A DNA stretch of 64,000 bases from Candidatus Sungiibacteriota bacterium (GTDB lineage Bacteria > Patescibacteriota > Minisyncoccia > Sungbacterales > SURF-37), in contig JACPMF010000009.1 in assembly GCA_016186145.1 (NCBI GenBank), positions 17,505 through 81,504 of the forward strand. Direction: 5' to 3'. The first letter of the stretch is position 1. Each line of letters begins with the position of its first letter. This document shows, one piece after another, positions 11,437 through 20,830 of this stretch. The notes below the pieces were generated by a model. That model was not told the origin of the DNA. It was given only the letters and a program-made list of their open reading frames with translations, and did not search any database. The translations under genes were made by a program, and so were the position numbers.

Positions 11437-12645
11437 CTATAAAATGGAGGACAAATTATATAGCGGGAAAAGCACGGCCGCAACAAGAACGCCGACGCCA
11501 AGTCCAAGCATGATGATAAGCGCGGGCTCAATCAAACTCACGAAATTATCGAGCAAATTATCGACATCCCGCTGATAAAACCGTGCCGCGCTCTTCAAAA
11601 TGACATCGAGACGCCCGGATTCTTCGCCTATTTTTATCATCTGGGTAATAATCGGCGGAATATCATTATATCTCTCAAACGCATAGCTGATAGTGCTTCC
11701 GCCACGCACCGAATCCGAAGCCGCCAAAATGATTTTTGCATAGACCCGATTTTGAACAACGTCCGCCGTAATTTGAAGCGCTCTGATAATCGGGATACCG
11801 GCGACAATAAGCGTTGCAAGATTGTCAGTAAGACGTGTTAAATAAATCTTCCGCAAAAGACCCCCGATAAGGGGCAACCGAATTTTTATCGCGTCCCAAA
11901 GATCCCGGCCCCGCTCGGTCAACAAGAACCGCCACAAAAAAACAGCGCCGATCGCGAGAAGAATCAAAAGCCAAATTCCCCATGCCCGGAAAAACGAAGA
12001 GAGACCGATAATTGCACGGGTGTAGATCGGAAGCTCCGTTCCTATCTCTTTAAAAATATCGGAGATGCGCGGAACCACCACGACAAGCATGACAACAATG
12101 ACCCCTACAAAAGCGGAAAAAATGAACGCCGGATAAATAAGCGACGTACGGGCTTTACTGGTCAGGGCATAGGAGCGTTCGAGGTGATCGGCAAGAAAGG
12201 AAAAAACTTCTCCGAGCTTTCCGGACTCTTCTCCTGCCCGCACCATATTGACATAAAATTGACTGAAAATATGGGGATGCCGGGAAAACGCCTGTGAAAG
12301 CGAAGACCCGCCGGACGCGTCCTCCAGAATCTCTCCAATCGCCGTACGGAAAACAATATTCTCGGACTCGCCGGCAAGAGTCTTGAATGCCTGAACCAGC
12401 GGCACCTGCGCCTCGAAAAGCGTAGCCAGCTGACGCGAAAAAATCACTACGTCGCGCTGTGATACATGATCGAAAAATCTTAATTGCTGTTTAAAAATCG
12501 AGGCAGCTCCGGCAGCCGGCTGTATTTCTACAATAATTAAATTGTTTCTCTGGAGAATTTCGGTTGCACCCTCTAAAGAGCGGGCCTCAATAGTGCCGGA
12601 ACGTTCTTCTCCCTCCGGAGTGCGGGCTTGATAGGTAAATTGCAT
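11437..12645 (-). CDS. pilC: type IV pilus inner-membrane platform protein
   Basis: ~400 aa, duplicated GspF/PilC domains, 3 TM regions. Confidence 0.85.
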   Translation of the reverse strand: MQFTYQARTPEGEERSGTIEARSLEGATEILQRNNLIIVEIQPAAGAASIFKQQLRFFDHVSQRDVVIFSRQLATLFEAQVPLVQAFKTLAGESENIVFRTAIGEILEDASGGSSLSQAFSRHPHIFSQFYVNMVRAGEESGKLGEVFSFLADHLERSYALTSKARTSLIYPAFIFSAFVGVIVVMLVVVVPRISDIFKEIGTELPIYTRAIIGLSSFFRAWGIWLLILLAIGAVFLWRFLLTERGRDLWDAIKIRLPLIGGLLRKIYLTRLTDNLATLIVAGIPIIRALQITADVVQNRVYAKIILAASDSVRGGSTISYAFERYNDIPPIITQMIKIGEESGRLDVILKSAARFYQRDVDNLLDNFVSLIEPALIIMLGLGVGVLVAAVLFPLYNLSSIL

Positions 12646-12844
12646 ATGAATTTCCTTTTTGTCTTTATTTCCTCACTGCGAGCTTCTTCTAAAATTTTTC
12701 ATTACGGAGATGCAAATACAAATTAAGGAGCCGGCGAGTAACATAAGAAAAATTTGCTTACTTCAAATTTTTCTTAATGATGTTACGAAGCCGACGACGC
12801 AAATTTGTTTGTATCGGAGTTGAACAAATTTTAGAAGAAGCGAG

Positions 12845-13909
12845 CTACCTTTTCATCAACAAACTTAGCTCCTGCGGATTCAAGGAATAAATAAGAGCCG
12901 TCTCAACCGTTATTTCTCCTCTCCGGACAAGATCGACAAGGGAACGATTCAGTGAAACCATGCCTTCCCCGGAACTCGTCTCAATCACGATATCAATCTC
13001 ATGGGCCTTATTCTCCCTGATAAGGTTTCGTATTGCGGGATTTGCAATCATAACTTCAGCGGCAGGAATAAGCCCGCCGGAGGCTCTCGGCAAGAGCCGC
13101 TGGGAAACGATACCGATAAGAGAGCCCGCGAGCTGAGCGCGAATCTGGTCCTGCTGAGCTGATGGGAACGTATCAATGATACGATCAATGGTCTGCGCGG
13201 CATTGTTGGTATGGAGACTGGAAAGAATAAGGTGCCCGGTTTCTGCCGCGGTCACCGCGGTCGCCATCGTTTCACCGTCTCTCATCTCGCCAACCATAGC
13301 TACATCCACATCTTCTCGGAACATGGAACGAAGCGCCCGATGGAAACTTGCGGTATCAATACCCACTTCCCGTTGGTCAATAATCGATCGATCTGACGCA
13401 AAAAGATACTCAATAGGGTCTTCAACAGTAATAATATGCTCGGATCGGGAATGATTAATATAATCAATGAGCGCAGCAAGAGTTGTCGTCTTTCCATGCC
13501 CCGTCGGCCCTACTACCAAAATAAATCCCTGCTGATGACTTACTAAATCAAGAAGCACCGTCGGAAGATTCAGCTCCTCAACGGTACGGATTGCGGTCGG
13601 AATAAGCCGCATCGCACAGCCGACAAAACCCCGCTGGAGAAAAATGTTCACCCGAAAACGGCCTTTATCTTTATATGCGTAAGAGAAGTCAAGCTCCTTT
13701 TCTCCCAAAAACTTTGCGTGCTGATCTTTGGGGAGCAGCTGAAAAACAAACTCTTGCGCAAGCTCCGGGGTTACGAGTGGAAATTTAACAAGCTCGATAA
13801 GGCCCCCGTCAACTCTCAATGTCGGCCGCCTTCCGACAGCAATATGCAGGTCCGACGCGCCCTGCTTGAATACCGCCTGAATTAATTCATCAAAAAAATC
13901 TTGTTGCAT
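12845..13909 (-). CDS. pilT: twitching-motility retraction ATPase
   Basis: Walker A GPTGHGKTTT, Asp box, His box, ~350 aa as for PilT/PilU. Confidence 0.85.
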   Translation of the reverse strand: MQQDFFDELIQAVFKQGASDLHIAVGRRPTLRVDGGLIELVKFPLVTPELAQEFVFQLLPKDQHAKFLGEKELDFSYAYKDKGRFRVNIFLQRGFVGCAMRLIPTAIRTVEELNLPTVLLDLVSHQQGFILVVGPTGHGKTTTLAALIDYINHSRSEHIITVEDPIEYLFASDRSIIDQREVGIDTASFHRALRSMFREDVDVAMVGEMRDGETMATAVTAAETGHLILSSLHTNNAAQTIDRIIDTFPSAQQDQIRAQLAGSLIGIVSQRLLPRASGGLIPAAEVMIANPAIRNLIRENKAHEIDIVIETSSGEGMVSLNRSLVDLVRRGEITVETALIYSLNPQELSLLMKR

Positions 13910-13913
13910 GGTA

Positions 13914-14036
13914 TATAATGCTAATCTACGAATGAAATGCGAATGCCGCTAATTATTAGCATGACATATTCCAGTACTACGCTCGCCCGCTATTCGCGGC
14001 ATTCGCATATTATTTGCATAATTCGCATTATGCTTA
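13914..14036. promoter_or_regulatory. 123-bp leader/promoter repeat, copy 1 (immediately upstream of pilT)
   Basis: Identical to 16239-16361. Contains the IR gcgaatgccgc...gcggcattcgc and the hairpin gcataattcgcattatgc. Confidence 0.6.
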
Positions 14037-14510
14037 TGGGCTTGCCGTATTCTCTCCTGCCGATTTGCCGGAGACTGAATCGGTCTCGAGCCAATAACGA
14101 ATAATATATGTCGTCCCGTCTGCTGACCGATAACGATACTGATAGTTACCTTGATCCAGCGGATCATGAGGCGTCTGGGCTATGGCATTCTCTCCGGTCA
14201 GTGCGAGAGAAACGGCGTCAGATCCGCTCAACACTACCTCGCTTGCCGCTGTCGGATAGATCCCCCGATTATTCGCATAAAGGGCAAAAGCGTTTTGCAA
14301 GGTTTTTATATGTTGTTCCCGCGTCGCATCCCGCGACTTTGCCCGCGTGCTTTGAAAAAGCACCAACGCCCCTGAAAGGAGCATTCCTGCAATGGCAACT
14401 ACGGTCAAAAGTTCAATGATTGTAAAACCGGAAGGCGGGGATCCAAGAAATTTAAAGCGGTCATTCGCCAATCCTTTTTTCTTACTTTCTTTTCTTCTCA
14501 ATTTCTCCAT
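14034..14510 (-). CDS. type IV pilin-like protein (prepilin, SG|FTIIELL)
   Basis: Long basic leader, then G|FTIIELLTVVAIAGMLL. Confidence 0.6.
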   Translation of the reverse strand: MEKLRRKESKKKGLANDRFKFLGSPPSGFTIIELLTVVAIAGMLLSGALVLFQSTRAKSRDATREQHIKTLQNAFALYANNRGIYPTAASEVVLSGSDAVSLALTGENAIAQTPHDPLDQGNYQYRYRSADGTTYIIRYWLETDSVSGKSAGENTASP

Positions 14511-14515
14511 ATTGA

Positions 14516-16234
14516 TTATACCACTTCCAACAACTCCTTCATCCCCACAACACCTTTCAACGCTTTGTAAAAACCGTCCTGACGGAGCGTAATCATGCCT
14601 TGTTTCTTAGCCTCTTCGGCGAGTTTAAATTCTGTCGGCCCGGAAAGAATAATTTTCTCGAGCTGCGGCGTCATTTCAAGCGCTTCAAAAACGCCTATCC
14701 TCCCCTTGGTCCCCATCGGGCAAAAAGAAGAGACCTCGCCTTCGTAGAGTGGCCCGGTCATGAGCTTTTCAAGCTCGCGGCGAGCGGACTCCGGCATTTC
14801 GGCAAGCTCGTCCCCAATCAGCTCTTTGGCGCGCCCCTCCAATTTAACTTCTTTTTTTGAATCAGGACACAGTGTCCGTACCAGGCGCTGGGCAACCGCC
14901 AAAATAAGCGTTGACGGAATCAAAAACGGTTCCACGCCCAAATCAACCAAGCGCGGGATAACGCCGACGGCGTTATTCGTGTGGAGAGTTGAAAGCACCA
15001 GATGGCCCGTGAGCGCCGCGTGAATCGCAAGCTGAGCAGTTTCCCGATCCCGTATCTCGCCAACCATAATAATATCGGGGTCCTGGCGAAGAATCTGGCG
15101 AAGCCCGGAAGAAAAATCATATCCTATCTCCGGACGCACCTGGGACTGATTTACCCCGGATATATAGTACTCGACCGGATCTTCCAAACTTACGATGTTC
15201 ACACCCTCCTTATTCAAAATGTTAAGAATTGCATAGAGTGTCGATGATTTTCCTGAACCGGTGGGGCCGGTAAGCAGCACCAAACCGAACGGTTTTCGTA
15301 TACTCCGCTCGACAACTTCAAGATTCCGCCCGTCGATACCAAGCTCCGGGAGAGTTTTAATGCCGACCGCCGGATCAAGAATACGAATCGCCGCCTTTTC
15401 ACCGTACTGCGCAGGGAATGTCGCAACGCGAAAGTCAATCTCCCGATCAAGCACCCGCGCATGAAACCTACCGTCTTGCGGAATACGAGTCTCGTCTATT
15501 TTCATATTCGTCATGATTTTGATACGAGAAATGATGGCGCTCTGTACCGCAGAAGGCAACACCAAGGTTGTATGCAAAACGCCGTCAACCCGGAAACGAA
15601 CCCTCACCTGCCGCGGTTCCGGCTCAATATGAATATCAGACGCCTTTCCTTCAACGGCATGACGCAATATAACACCGACCATTTTTGTGATTGGCGCCTC
15701 TTCGGCCATTTTCTCAAGTTCTGCTGCGCGCGGAGGACGACCCACCACATCAACCTCAAGTTCTTTTTCAAATTCGGTCAAAGACCGGGTAACTTCGCCG
15801 CCGAGCGTTTTGTATTCCGTAAGTACGGCCTTAAGATCGCCCGGCGTAATGATGAAAATTTTAAAAGGGATGTTCAGCCGCGTTGCAATAAACTTGAGTG
15901 CCTCTTGCGCATTCACGTCGTCAGGGTTGACCATTCCAATCTCAAGCGACCCGTCCCCGCTTTTCTCAATAGGAATAAACTTGTAAAACTTTGCCGATTC
16001 TTCCGGAATATTCCGCAGAATCTCGAACTCGACTTTTCCTCCCTCGAGGAAACGAGCCGGAATGCCCAAAAGCTCTGATTTTGCCAAAGCGACATCCCGC
16101 TCCGGAATGCCATGCTGATAAAAAATGTCTTCAAGCGGCCGACCGGTTGATTTTGCCTCCCGTCGCATTCCTGAGGCCGCTTCTTGCGTCAAGACCCCTT
16201 TTTGAGCGAGAACATCAGCAATTGATTTAGCCAT
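14516..16234 (-). CDS. pilB: type IV pilus assembly ATPase (GspE family)
   Basis: 572 aa: N1/N2 domains, Walker A GPTGSGKS, Asp/His boxes, tetracysteine motif C..C...C..C. Confidence 0.85.
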   Translation of the reverse strand: MAKSIADVLAQKGVLTQEAASGMRREAKSTGRPLEDIFYQHGIPERDVALAKSELLGIPARFLEGGKVEFEILRNIPEESAKFYKFIPIEKSGDGSLEIGMVNPDDVNAQEALKFIATRLNIPFKIFIITPGDLKAVLTEYKTLGGEVTRSLTEFEKELEVDVVGRPPRAAELEKMAEEAPITKMVGVILRHAVEGKASDIHIEPEPRQVRVRFRVDGVLHTTLVLPSAVQSAIISRIKIMTNMKIDETRIPQDGRFHARVLDREIDFRVATFPAQYGEKAAIRILDPAVGIKTLPELGIDGRNLEVVERSIRKPFGLVLLTGPTGSGKSSTLYAILNILNKEGVNIVSLEDPVEYYISGVNQSQVRPEIGYDFSSGLRQILRQDPDIIMVGEIRDRETAQLAIHAALTGHLVLSTLHTNNAVGVIPRLVDLGVEPFLIPSTLILAVAQRLVRTLCPDSKKEVKLEGRAKELIGDELAEMPESARRELEKLMTGPLYEGEVSSFCPMGTKGRIGVFEALEMTPQLEKIILSGPTEFKLAEEAKKQGMITLRQDGFYKALKGVVGMKELLEVV

Positions 16235-16238
16235 GATG

Positions 16239-16361
16239 TATAATGCTAATCTACGAATGAAATGCGAATGCCGCTAATTATTAGCATGACATATTCCAGT
16301 ACTACGCTCGCCCGCTATTCGCGGCATTCGCATATTATTTGCATAATTCGCATTATGCTTA
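16239..16361. promoter_or_regulatory. 123-bp leader/promoter repeat, copy 2 (immediately upstream of pilB)
   Basis: 100% identical by eye to copy 1 at 13914-14036. Confidence 0.6.
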
Positions 16362-16649
16362 AAACGGCGCGAACGGATTCTTCCGGCCGGGCACCGTGCT
16401 TGTTTTTGTCGAAGTGCCGGTTCCAAACGTCTGAAGAGGACTGAAAAGAGACCGGAAGAATGGATCGGTAAAGATACTCAAGTCCGGCTTAAGAGATTTG
16501 ATCTGCCGATAACGGGAAAGCAGCTCTGACCGGGTCCCCGCAGGCGCCTCAACGGTTTCTGCCTGGGATCCAAAAAAATACTGATAGAGAAAATACCCGG
16601 TAAGAACCAGTGCTACGACCAAAACTATGAGAAAAATTGTTTGCCGCAT
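16359..16649 (-). CDS. small membrane protein (T4P locus)
   Basis: N-terminal TM helix, 96 aa, between the PilO-like gene and pilB. Confidence 0.4.
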   Translation of the reverse strand: MRQTIFLIVLVVALVLTGYFLYQYFFGSQAETVEAPAGTRSELLSRYRQIKSLKPDLSIFTDPFFRSLFSPLQTFGTGTSTKTSTVPGRKNPFAPF

Positions 16650-16835
16650 GCGAATTTTATTTACGAGCTTTAGCGAATAACCATAAAATTCAGCACCCTG
16701 TTAAATAATTTCGCCGGAGGCGAAATTCCTCTGCCTAATAAAATCAGAGATTTTATTAGGCAGAGGATTTAACAGGGTAAAAGTTTGGCAGCTAAATTTT
16801 GTTCGGCTTCGTCTCCAAAATTTAGGCCAAGCCGT
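16650..16835. repeat. composite 3'-UTR repeat, copy A (conserved hairpin + palindromic core ccctgttaaat...atttaacaggg)
   Basis: Flanks ~85% identical to 58246-58303 / 58113-58141; the core palindrome is different but self-complementary. Confidence 0.55.
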
Positions 16836-17390
16836 TTACCTTGAATAGTACGTCGCTGCGTTCAAAGAGAACTCAAGCGGGCCCTCTCTTGCATCTTGCT
16901 GCCTGGTACCGAAAGAAATGTCCGCCACATCAACAATGCGCACCGTTTTTTCAAGATCCCGGAGGAACGCGCCGAATGACTCGTAACTGCCAAGCATCTT
17001 TAACGAGACGTCAACCGGAATTACTTGCCGCTCTGTGGGAAGTTTAAGCTGGGACGTGGTCGGCTTCTCTTGAGAAACAAAATCTATGCTCCGCAAGAAC
17101 ATGCCGTGTCGCTTGGCAAGCGCCTCGATATCTCGGACAAACTGCGCGCTTCCAAGTCCTCGCGGAACCATGGCAGAAAGTTTATTAAGGTCAGTCTGCG
17201 AAATAGAATTATACTGTCCCATCAGTTCGTCTCGAACCCCGGCAATATCCTGCAATTCGTCGTTTAAAGCAGTAAACTCGGCAATCTCGACTTGAAGGTC
17301 CGTCACTTTTTGCCATGCAGGAAAAACGCCGGAAAAAAAGACGACAACAGAGATGAAAAGAAAGATGATGGAGAAAACAAAACGAGTCAT
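16836..17390 (-). CDS. PilO-like pilus assembly protein
   Basis: N-terminal TM, coiled-coil, ~180 aa; position between the PilN-like gene and pilB. Confidence 0.5.
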   Translation of the reverse strand: MTRFVFSIIFLFISVVVFFSGVFPAWQKVTDLQVEIAEFTALNDELQDIAGVRDELMGQYNSISQTDLNKLSAMVPRGLGSAQFVRDIEALAKRHGMFLRSIDFVSQEKPTTSQLKLPTERQVIPVDVSLKMLGSYESFGAFLRDLEKTVRIVDVADISFGTRQQDAREGPLEFSLNAATYYSR

Positions 17391-17434
17391 ATGCCAGTTA
17401 TTAATCGCTAATTATTAGGAACCGGTGTCGGTCT

Positions 17435-18007
17435 TCACCGGGGACGAAGTTTTAACAGACTCGACTTGAAAACGATTGTCAGCTTGAAATTAACAAGGCC
17501 GCCCTCATCAAGCGCTAACCCCCCAAAGTTTACGCTTTCAACCTGAGGATCCGCCTCTAAAAGCGTTATTTGCTCGGCAACATCGCTGTAACTTGCGGCC
17601 TTGGCTAAAAGAGTTACCGTCTTTGGCTGGCTTGCATACTGAAATGTTTGAAAGTAGACTCTCGGATGTGTATCTTTTTCAAGAAGACCGAGAACGTTGG
17701 AACTGAAAACATGATTGGCTAAAATTTCATGCGCCCCGCTCAACCGGCCGAACAGAACAAGCACTTGATTAAGAACATCGGGGCTTAACTCCTGTTCTAA
17801 AACGGCAACCTGTTCCCGCCAGACCGACGCATTGCTTTCAAGGGCCCTGCGATAGAAAAAAAGGCCGCCCCACACAACAAGCGCTGAAATAAAAATGACC
17901 GCGGAGCCGGTAAAAAACCACCCGCCTCCTTGAGAAAGAATACGTGCGCTTTCAGAAAAACGAGCCCGACCAAGTTCTTGTTTTTTGGAAATTAAATCGT
18001 CAGGCAT
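17435..18007 (-). CDS. PilN-like pilus assembly protein
   Basis: Short cytoplasmic N-terminus, single TM, periplasmic domain; downstream of pilM. Confidence 0.5.
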   Translation of the reverse strand: MPDDLISKKQELGRARFSESARILSQGGGWFFTGSAVIFISALVVWGGLFFYRRALESNASVWREQVAVLEQELSPDVLNQVLVLFGRLSGAHEILANHVFSSNVLGLLEKDTHPRVYFQTFQYASQPKTVTLLAKAASYSDVAEQITLLEADPQVESVNFGGLALDEGGLVNFKLTIVFKSSLLKLRPR

Positions 18008-18114
18008 AGATAGAGTTAGAGGCGGATAAATACGGATAGCTACGCGGACCCATGCGGATCCGCATTAATCCGCGTTGTCATCTGCATAAATCCGCTTCTA
18101 TCATCTTTTTATTT

Positions 18115-19221
18115 TTACCGCGAAGTTATTTGTCTCAACGCCAACCCTACGGCAACCGCGAACCCTGGCCCGATATCCCTTAATATCGGCTGCATAAAAG
18201 TCGGATACACAGTCAGCGCAAAAGGGTTCGCCAAAGAAGTTTCAAGCCCTGTCTTTTTCGATACGTAGTCAACAAGTCCCGCCATTGATGCGCCGCCGCC
18301 GGAAATAATTACACGTTCTACTTTCTTGATATTAGCCCGGTTGTACGCCCCTATAACCCGTTCCACTTCGCCAAAAAGCGTATCAACGACAGGGGTAATA
18401 ACGTCCACTATTTCTTTTTCCTCAGGCTTGGTGGAAAGGCCAACTTCTTTTTTCACCACCTCAGCCCGTTCTTCTTCAATAGCCAGCGATCTGGCAAGAA
18501 CAAGCGTAACCTCCCGCGAACCTCTGCCGATATTATTTGCATGCTTGATAATACGGCTATCAGCGATAATTATCGTTGTCGTCTGCGCACCCAAGCTCAC
18601 TATCGCGGTAACACCCTTGTCTCTTCCCAGAAGCGAGCGAGTCAATGCAAAGCTTTCGATTTCAATTGCCTTTATATCAAGGTTCGCCAGTTCGGAAATG
18701 CGTTTATATTTGTTTACTACCTCATTCGGCACGACGGCAAGAAGGACCTTGAGTCTTTTCTGCTGCTCATCTTCCTCGATGATTTCCCAATCCATGGTCA
18801 CTTCGGCCATGGGAATAGGAACATAACGCCTTGCCTCAAACGGCACTGCCGTTCCGACTTCTTCCCGGCTCATCAAGGGAAGATCAATGGCGGTGATGAA
18901 GCTCGAAGTTGCCGGAATACTGATAACCGCCTGCCGGGTAGTTACATTTGATTCGGTAAGAACATCTTTCAGCATGTCGGCAACATCTTGGTCAATAAAG
19001 CGCAAAAAACCTCCGCCGCTTCCGCTTATATGTTTAAAATAATGCGCAGTTTTCAACTCACCGTAAGTCTCAAGAATCGCCCGCTCTTGTTCCTTCCTTA
19101 ATTGTACTACCTTTGCCGCTTCCGAGCCAATATCAATGCCAACATAACTCGGTTTCTCCGGCCGCATACGAAAATCGAACTTCGGAATAGTTATTTTTTT
19201 GAAAAAAGGAATTTCAGTCAC
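18115..19221 (-). CDS. pilM: type IV pilus assembly protein PilM (actin-like ATPase fold)
   Basis: VGIDIGS...; ~370 aa with ASKHA-fold motifs. Confidence 0.75.
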   Translation of the reverse strand: MTEIPFFKKITIPKFDFRMRPEKPSYVGIDIGSEAAKVVQLRKEQERAILETYGELKTAHYFKHISGSGGGFLRFIDQDVADMLKDVLTESNVTTRQAVISIPATSSFITAIDLPLMSREEVGTAVPFEARRYVPIPMAEVTMDWEIIEEDEQQKRLKVLLAVVPNEVVNKYKRISELANLDIKAIEIESFALTRSLLGRDKGVTAIVSLGAQTTTIIIADSRIIKHANNIGRGSREVTLVLARSLAIEEERAEVVKKEVGLSTKPEEKEIVDVITPVVDTLFGEVERVIGAYNRANIKKVERVIISGGGASMAGLVDYVSKKTGLETSLANPFALTVYPTFMQPILRDIGPGFAVAVGLALRQITSR

Positions 19222-19364
19222 CTACAGAGCTAAGAACTAAGCAAAAGGAGCTAAGAAAACACAGCCATTATTCGGGCTTCCTGGTTCTTAGTTCCTCGTT
19301 CTTAATTCAGGGTTGCGGATGCTTACTTAAGTATTATACCATAATTCTGCGATAATTGCGCATA

Positions 19365-19483
19365 AATCCCGTTAGAGATAGGAAATGCCGCAGGCATTTC
19401 CGTTGATTATGATTGGTATAATGGCTTTCAGGCACATAATGCTGTTGGGTGGCCAAATAAAAAGTTTAAATCTCTAACGGGAT
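19365..19483. mobile_element. MITE-like hairpin element, copy D (ATAAAtcccgttagagata ... atctctaacgggATAAAa)
   Basis: Inverted termini with the 5-bp flanking direct repeat ATAAA; the interior holds the sub-hairpin ggaaatgccgcaggcatttcc. Lies between pilM and comF. Confidence 0.55.
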
Positions 19484-19502
19484 AAAAACTGCAAAAACAG
19501 CT

Positions 19503-20210
19503 ATGTGGATAAATCTAACGGAAATAAAGGGTTTTGCGCTTGACCTTGTCTTTCCCAAAACATGCCTCCTTTGCTTACAGGAGAAGGAATTCTTATGTGC
19601 TACGTGCGCAAAAACCCTTACTTTTAGAGAACCGTCGTGTTTCGTCTGCCGGAAACGCGACCTTGAAGGAAAAACTTGCCCTTCCTGCCGTGAAAAGACA
19701 TTGATTCGAAGGTTTTACCGCCCATTTAGCTATAAAGACGAGACGGTAAGAAAGCTAATACACGTCTATAAATACGAACGCGCAAAAGAAATAGCCCGAC
19801 CGCTTGGGGGATTCATAATCAGCGCGATGCAAAAGGCAGGTTTTCCAAGAAAGAAAACCATAACAATCATTCCTATTCCCCTCCACTGGCGGAAGAAACG
19901 CGAACGCGGATTTAACCAAACAGAGCCGCTTGCGGAGATAATCGGCGCCTTCTTCGGACTGCCGGTTCTCTCCGAAACGCTGATCCGCACAAAAAATACC
20001 TCCGCACAGATCGAGATGGAAAACAACTTGCTCCGTCGCCAGAATATAACGGGCGCATTTGCCGTGAAAAATCCAGCCGCGGTTGTGGAAAAAACTATCC
20101 TTCTTATTGACGACGTTATCACGAGCGGGGCAACTGTCGAAGAAGCCGCGGCAACTTTAAAAAAGGCGGGCGCGCGATCAGTATGGCTGGCTGCAATCGC
20201 CGGACGCTAA
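19503..20210 (+). CDS. comFC: ComF-family protein (phosphoribosyltransferase domain)
   Basis: N-terminal 4-Cys zinc ribbon (CLLC...CAKTL...CFVCRK...CPSC), C-terminal PRTase motif LIDDVITSGATV. Confidence 0.8.
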   Translation: MWINLTEIKGFALDLVFPKTCLLCLQEKEFLCATCAKTLTFREPSCFVCRKRDLEGKTCPSCREKTLIRRFYRPFSYKDETVRKLIHVYKYERAKEIARPLGGFIISAMQKAGFPRKKTITIIPIPLHWRKKRERGFNQTEPLAEIIGAFFGLPVLSETLIRTKNTSAQIEMENNLLRRQNITGAFAVKNPAAVVEKTILLIDDVITSGATVEEAAATLKKAGARSVWLAAIAGR

Positions 20211-20269
20211 AAAGACAATTGCATTCGTCCTTCCCTTCTGGTACTTCTAAAAGAAAGAGGTCTTTTAAA

Positions 20270-20830
20270 ATGGAGGCAAAAATGAATAGCCAGAACGCCC
20301 AAGCCGGGGAACCAAACCTTATTGACCCGACAACCGATCAAGACTTCTTCGCCATTGGCCGCGTCTTGCTCTCTCGCTCAACATGCCTAAAAACACAAAC
20401 AGCGGCATTGATTGTCGCCGAAGGAAAAATAGTTTCCTGGGGAGTAAACATGTGCTGCCCGCAAGACCAGATTTACGGCTTGCCGGTATCGGAATGCCCG
20501 CGCATGCAGCAAGAAACAGGAACGTTTTACGAACGCTGCAAACCGATCCATGCCGAGATCGTTGCCGCAATCAATGCGTTCGGCATCAGCCACATCGACC
20601 GGAAAACCCTCTGGCACTTCCCCGGTTTCACCCTAAAACTCATGCACTACGCAGGTTTTTTCAAAAACAAGGAGGCCGTCTTATACCTTCTCGGCCATTA
20701 TTGGGCATGCAGCGAATGCGTCGACTTTCTCAAGCTCATCGGCATTACCGAAATCAAATTTGATAACCTCTCCGGAGGCAAGACGCTGAAAGAATACCAG
20801 GCAAAAGATCTCACGGGAAAGGAGCGATAA
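20270..20830 (+). CDS. dCMP/cytidine-deoxycytidylate deaminase family protein (ComEB-like)
   Basis: H(A)E ... CSEC zinc-binding motifs. Start ambiguous (ATG at 20270, or 20282 with a GGAGG RBS). Confidence 0.7.
   Translation: MEAKMNSQNAQAGEPNLIDPTTDQDFFAIGRVLLSRSTCLKTQTAALIVAEGKIVSWGVNMCCPQDQIYGLPVSECPRMQQETGTFYERCKPIHAEIVAAINAFGISHIDRKTLWHFPGFTLKLMHYAGFFKNKEAVLYLLGHYWACSECVDFLKLIGITEIKFDNLSGGKTLKEYQAKDLTGKER

Noticed and set aside
13949-14167. Track ORFs 13949-14167 (-) and 16262-16444 (+) as genes
   Set aside because: Both lie within the identical 123-bp non-coding repeat upstream of pilT/pilB and read through it in arbitrary frames.
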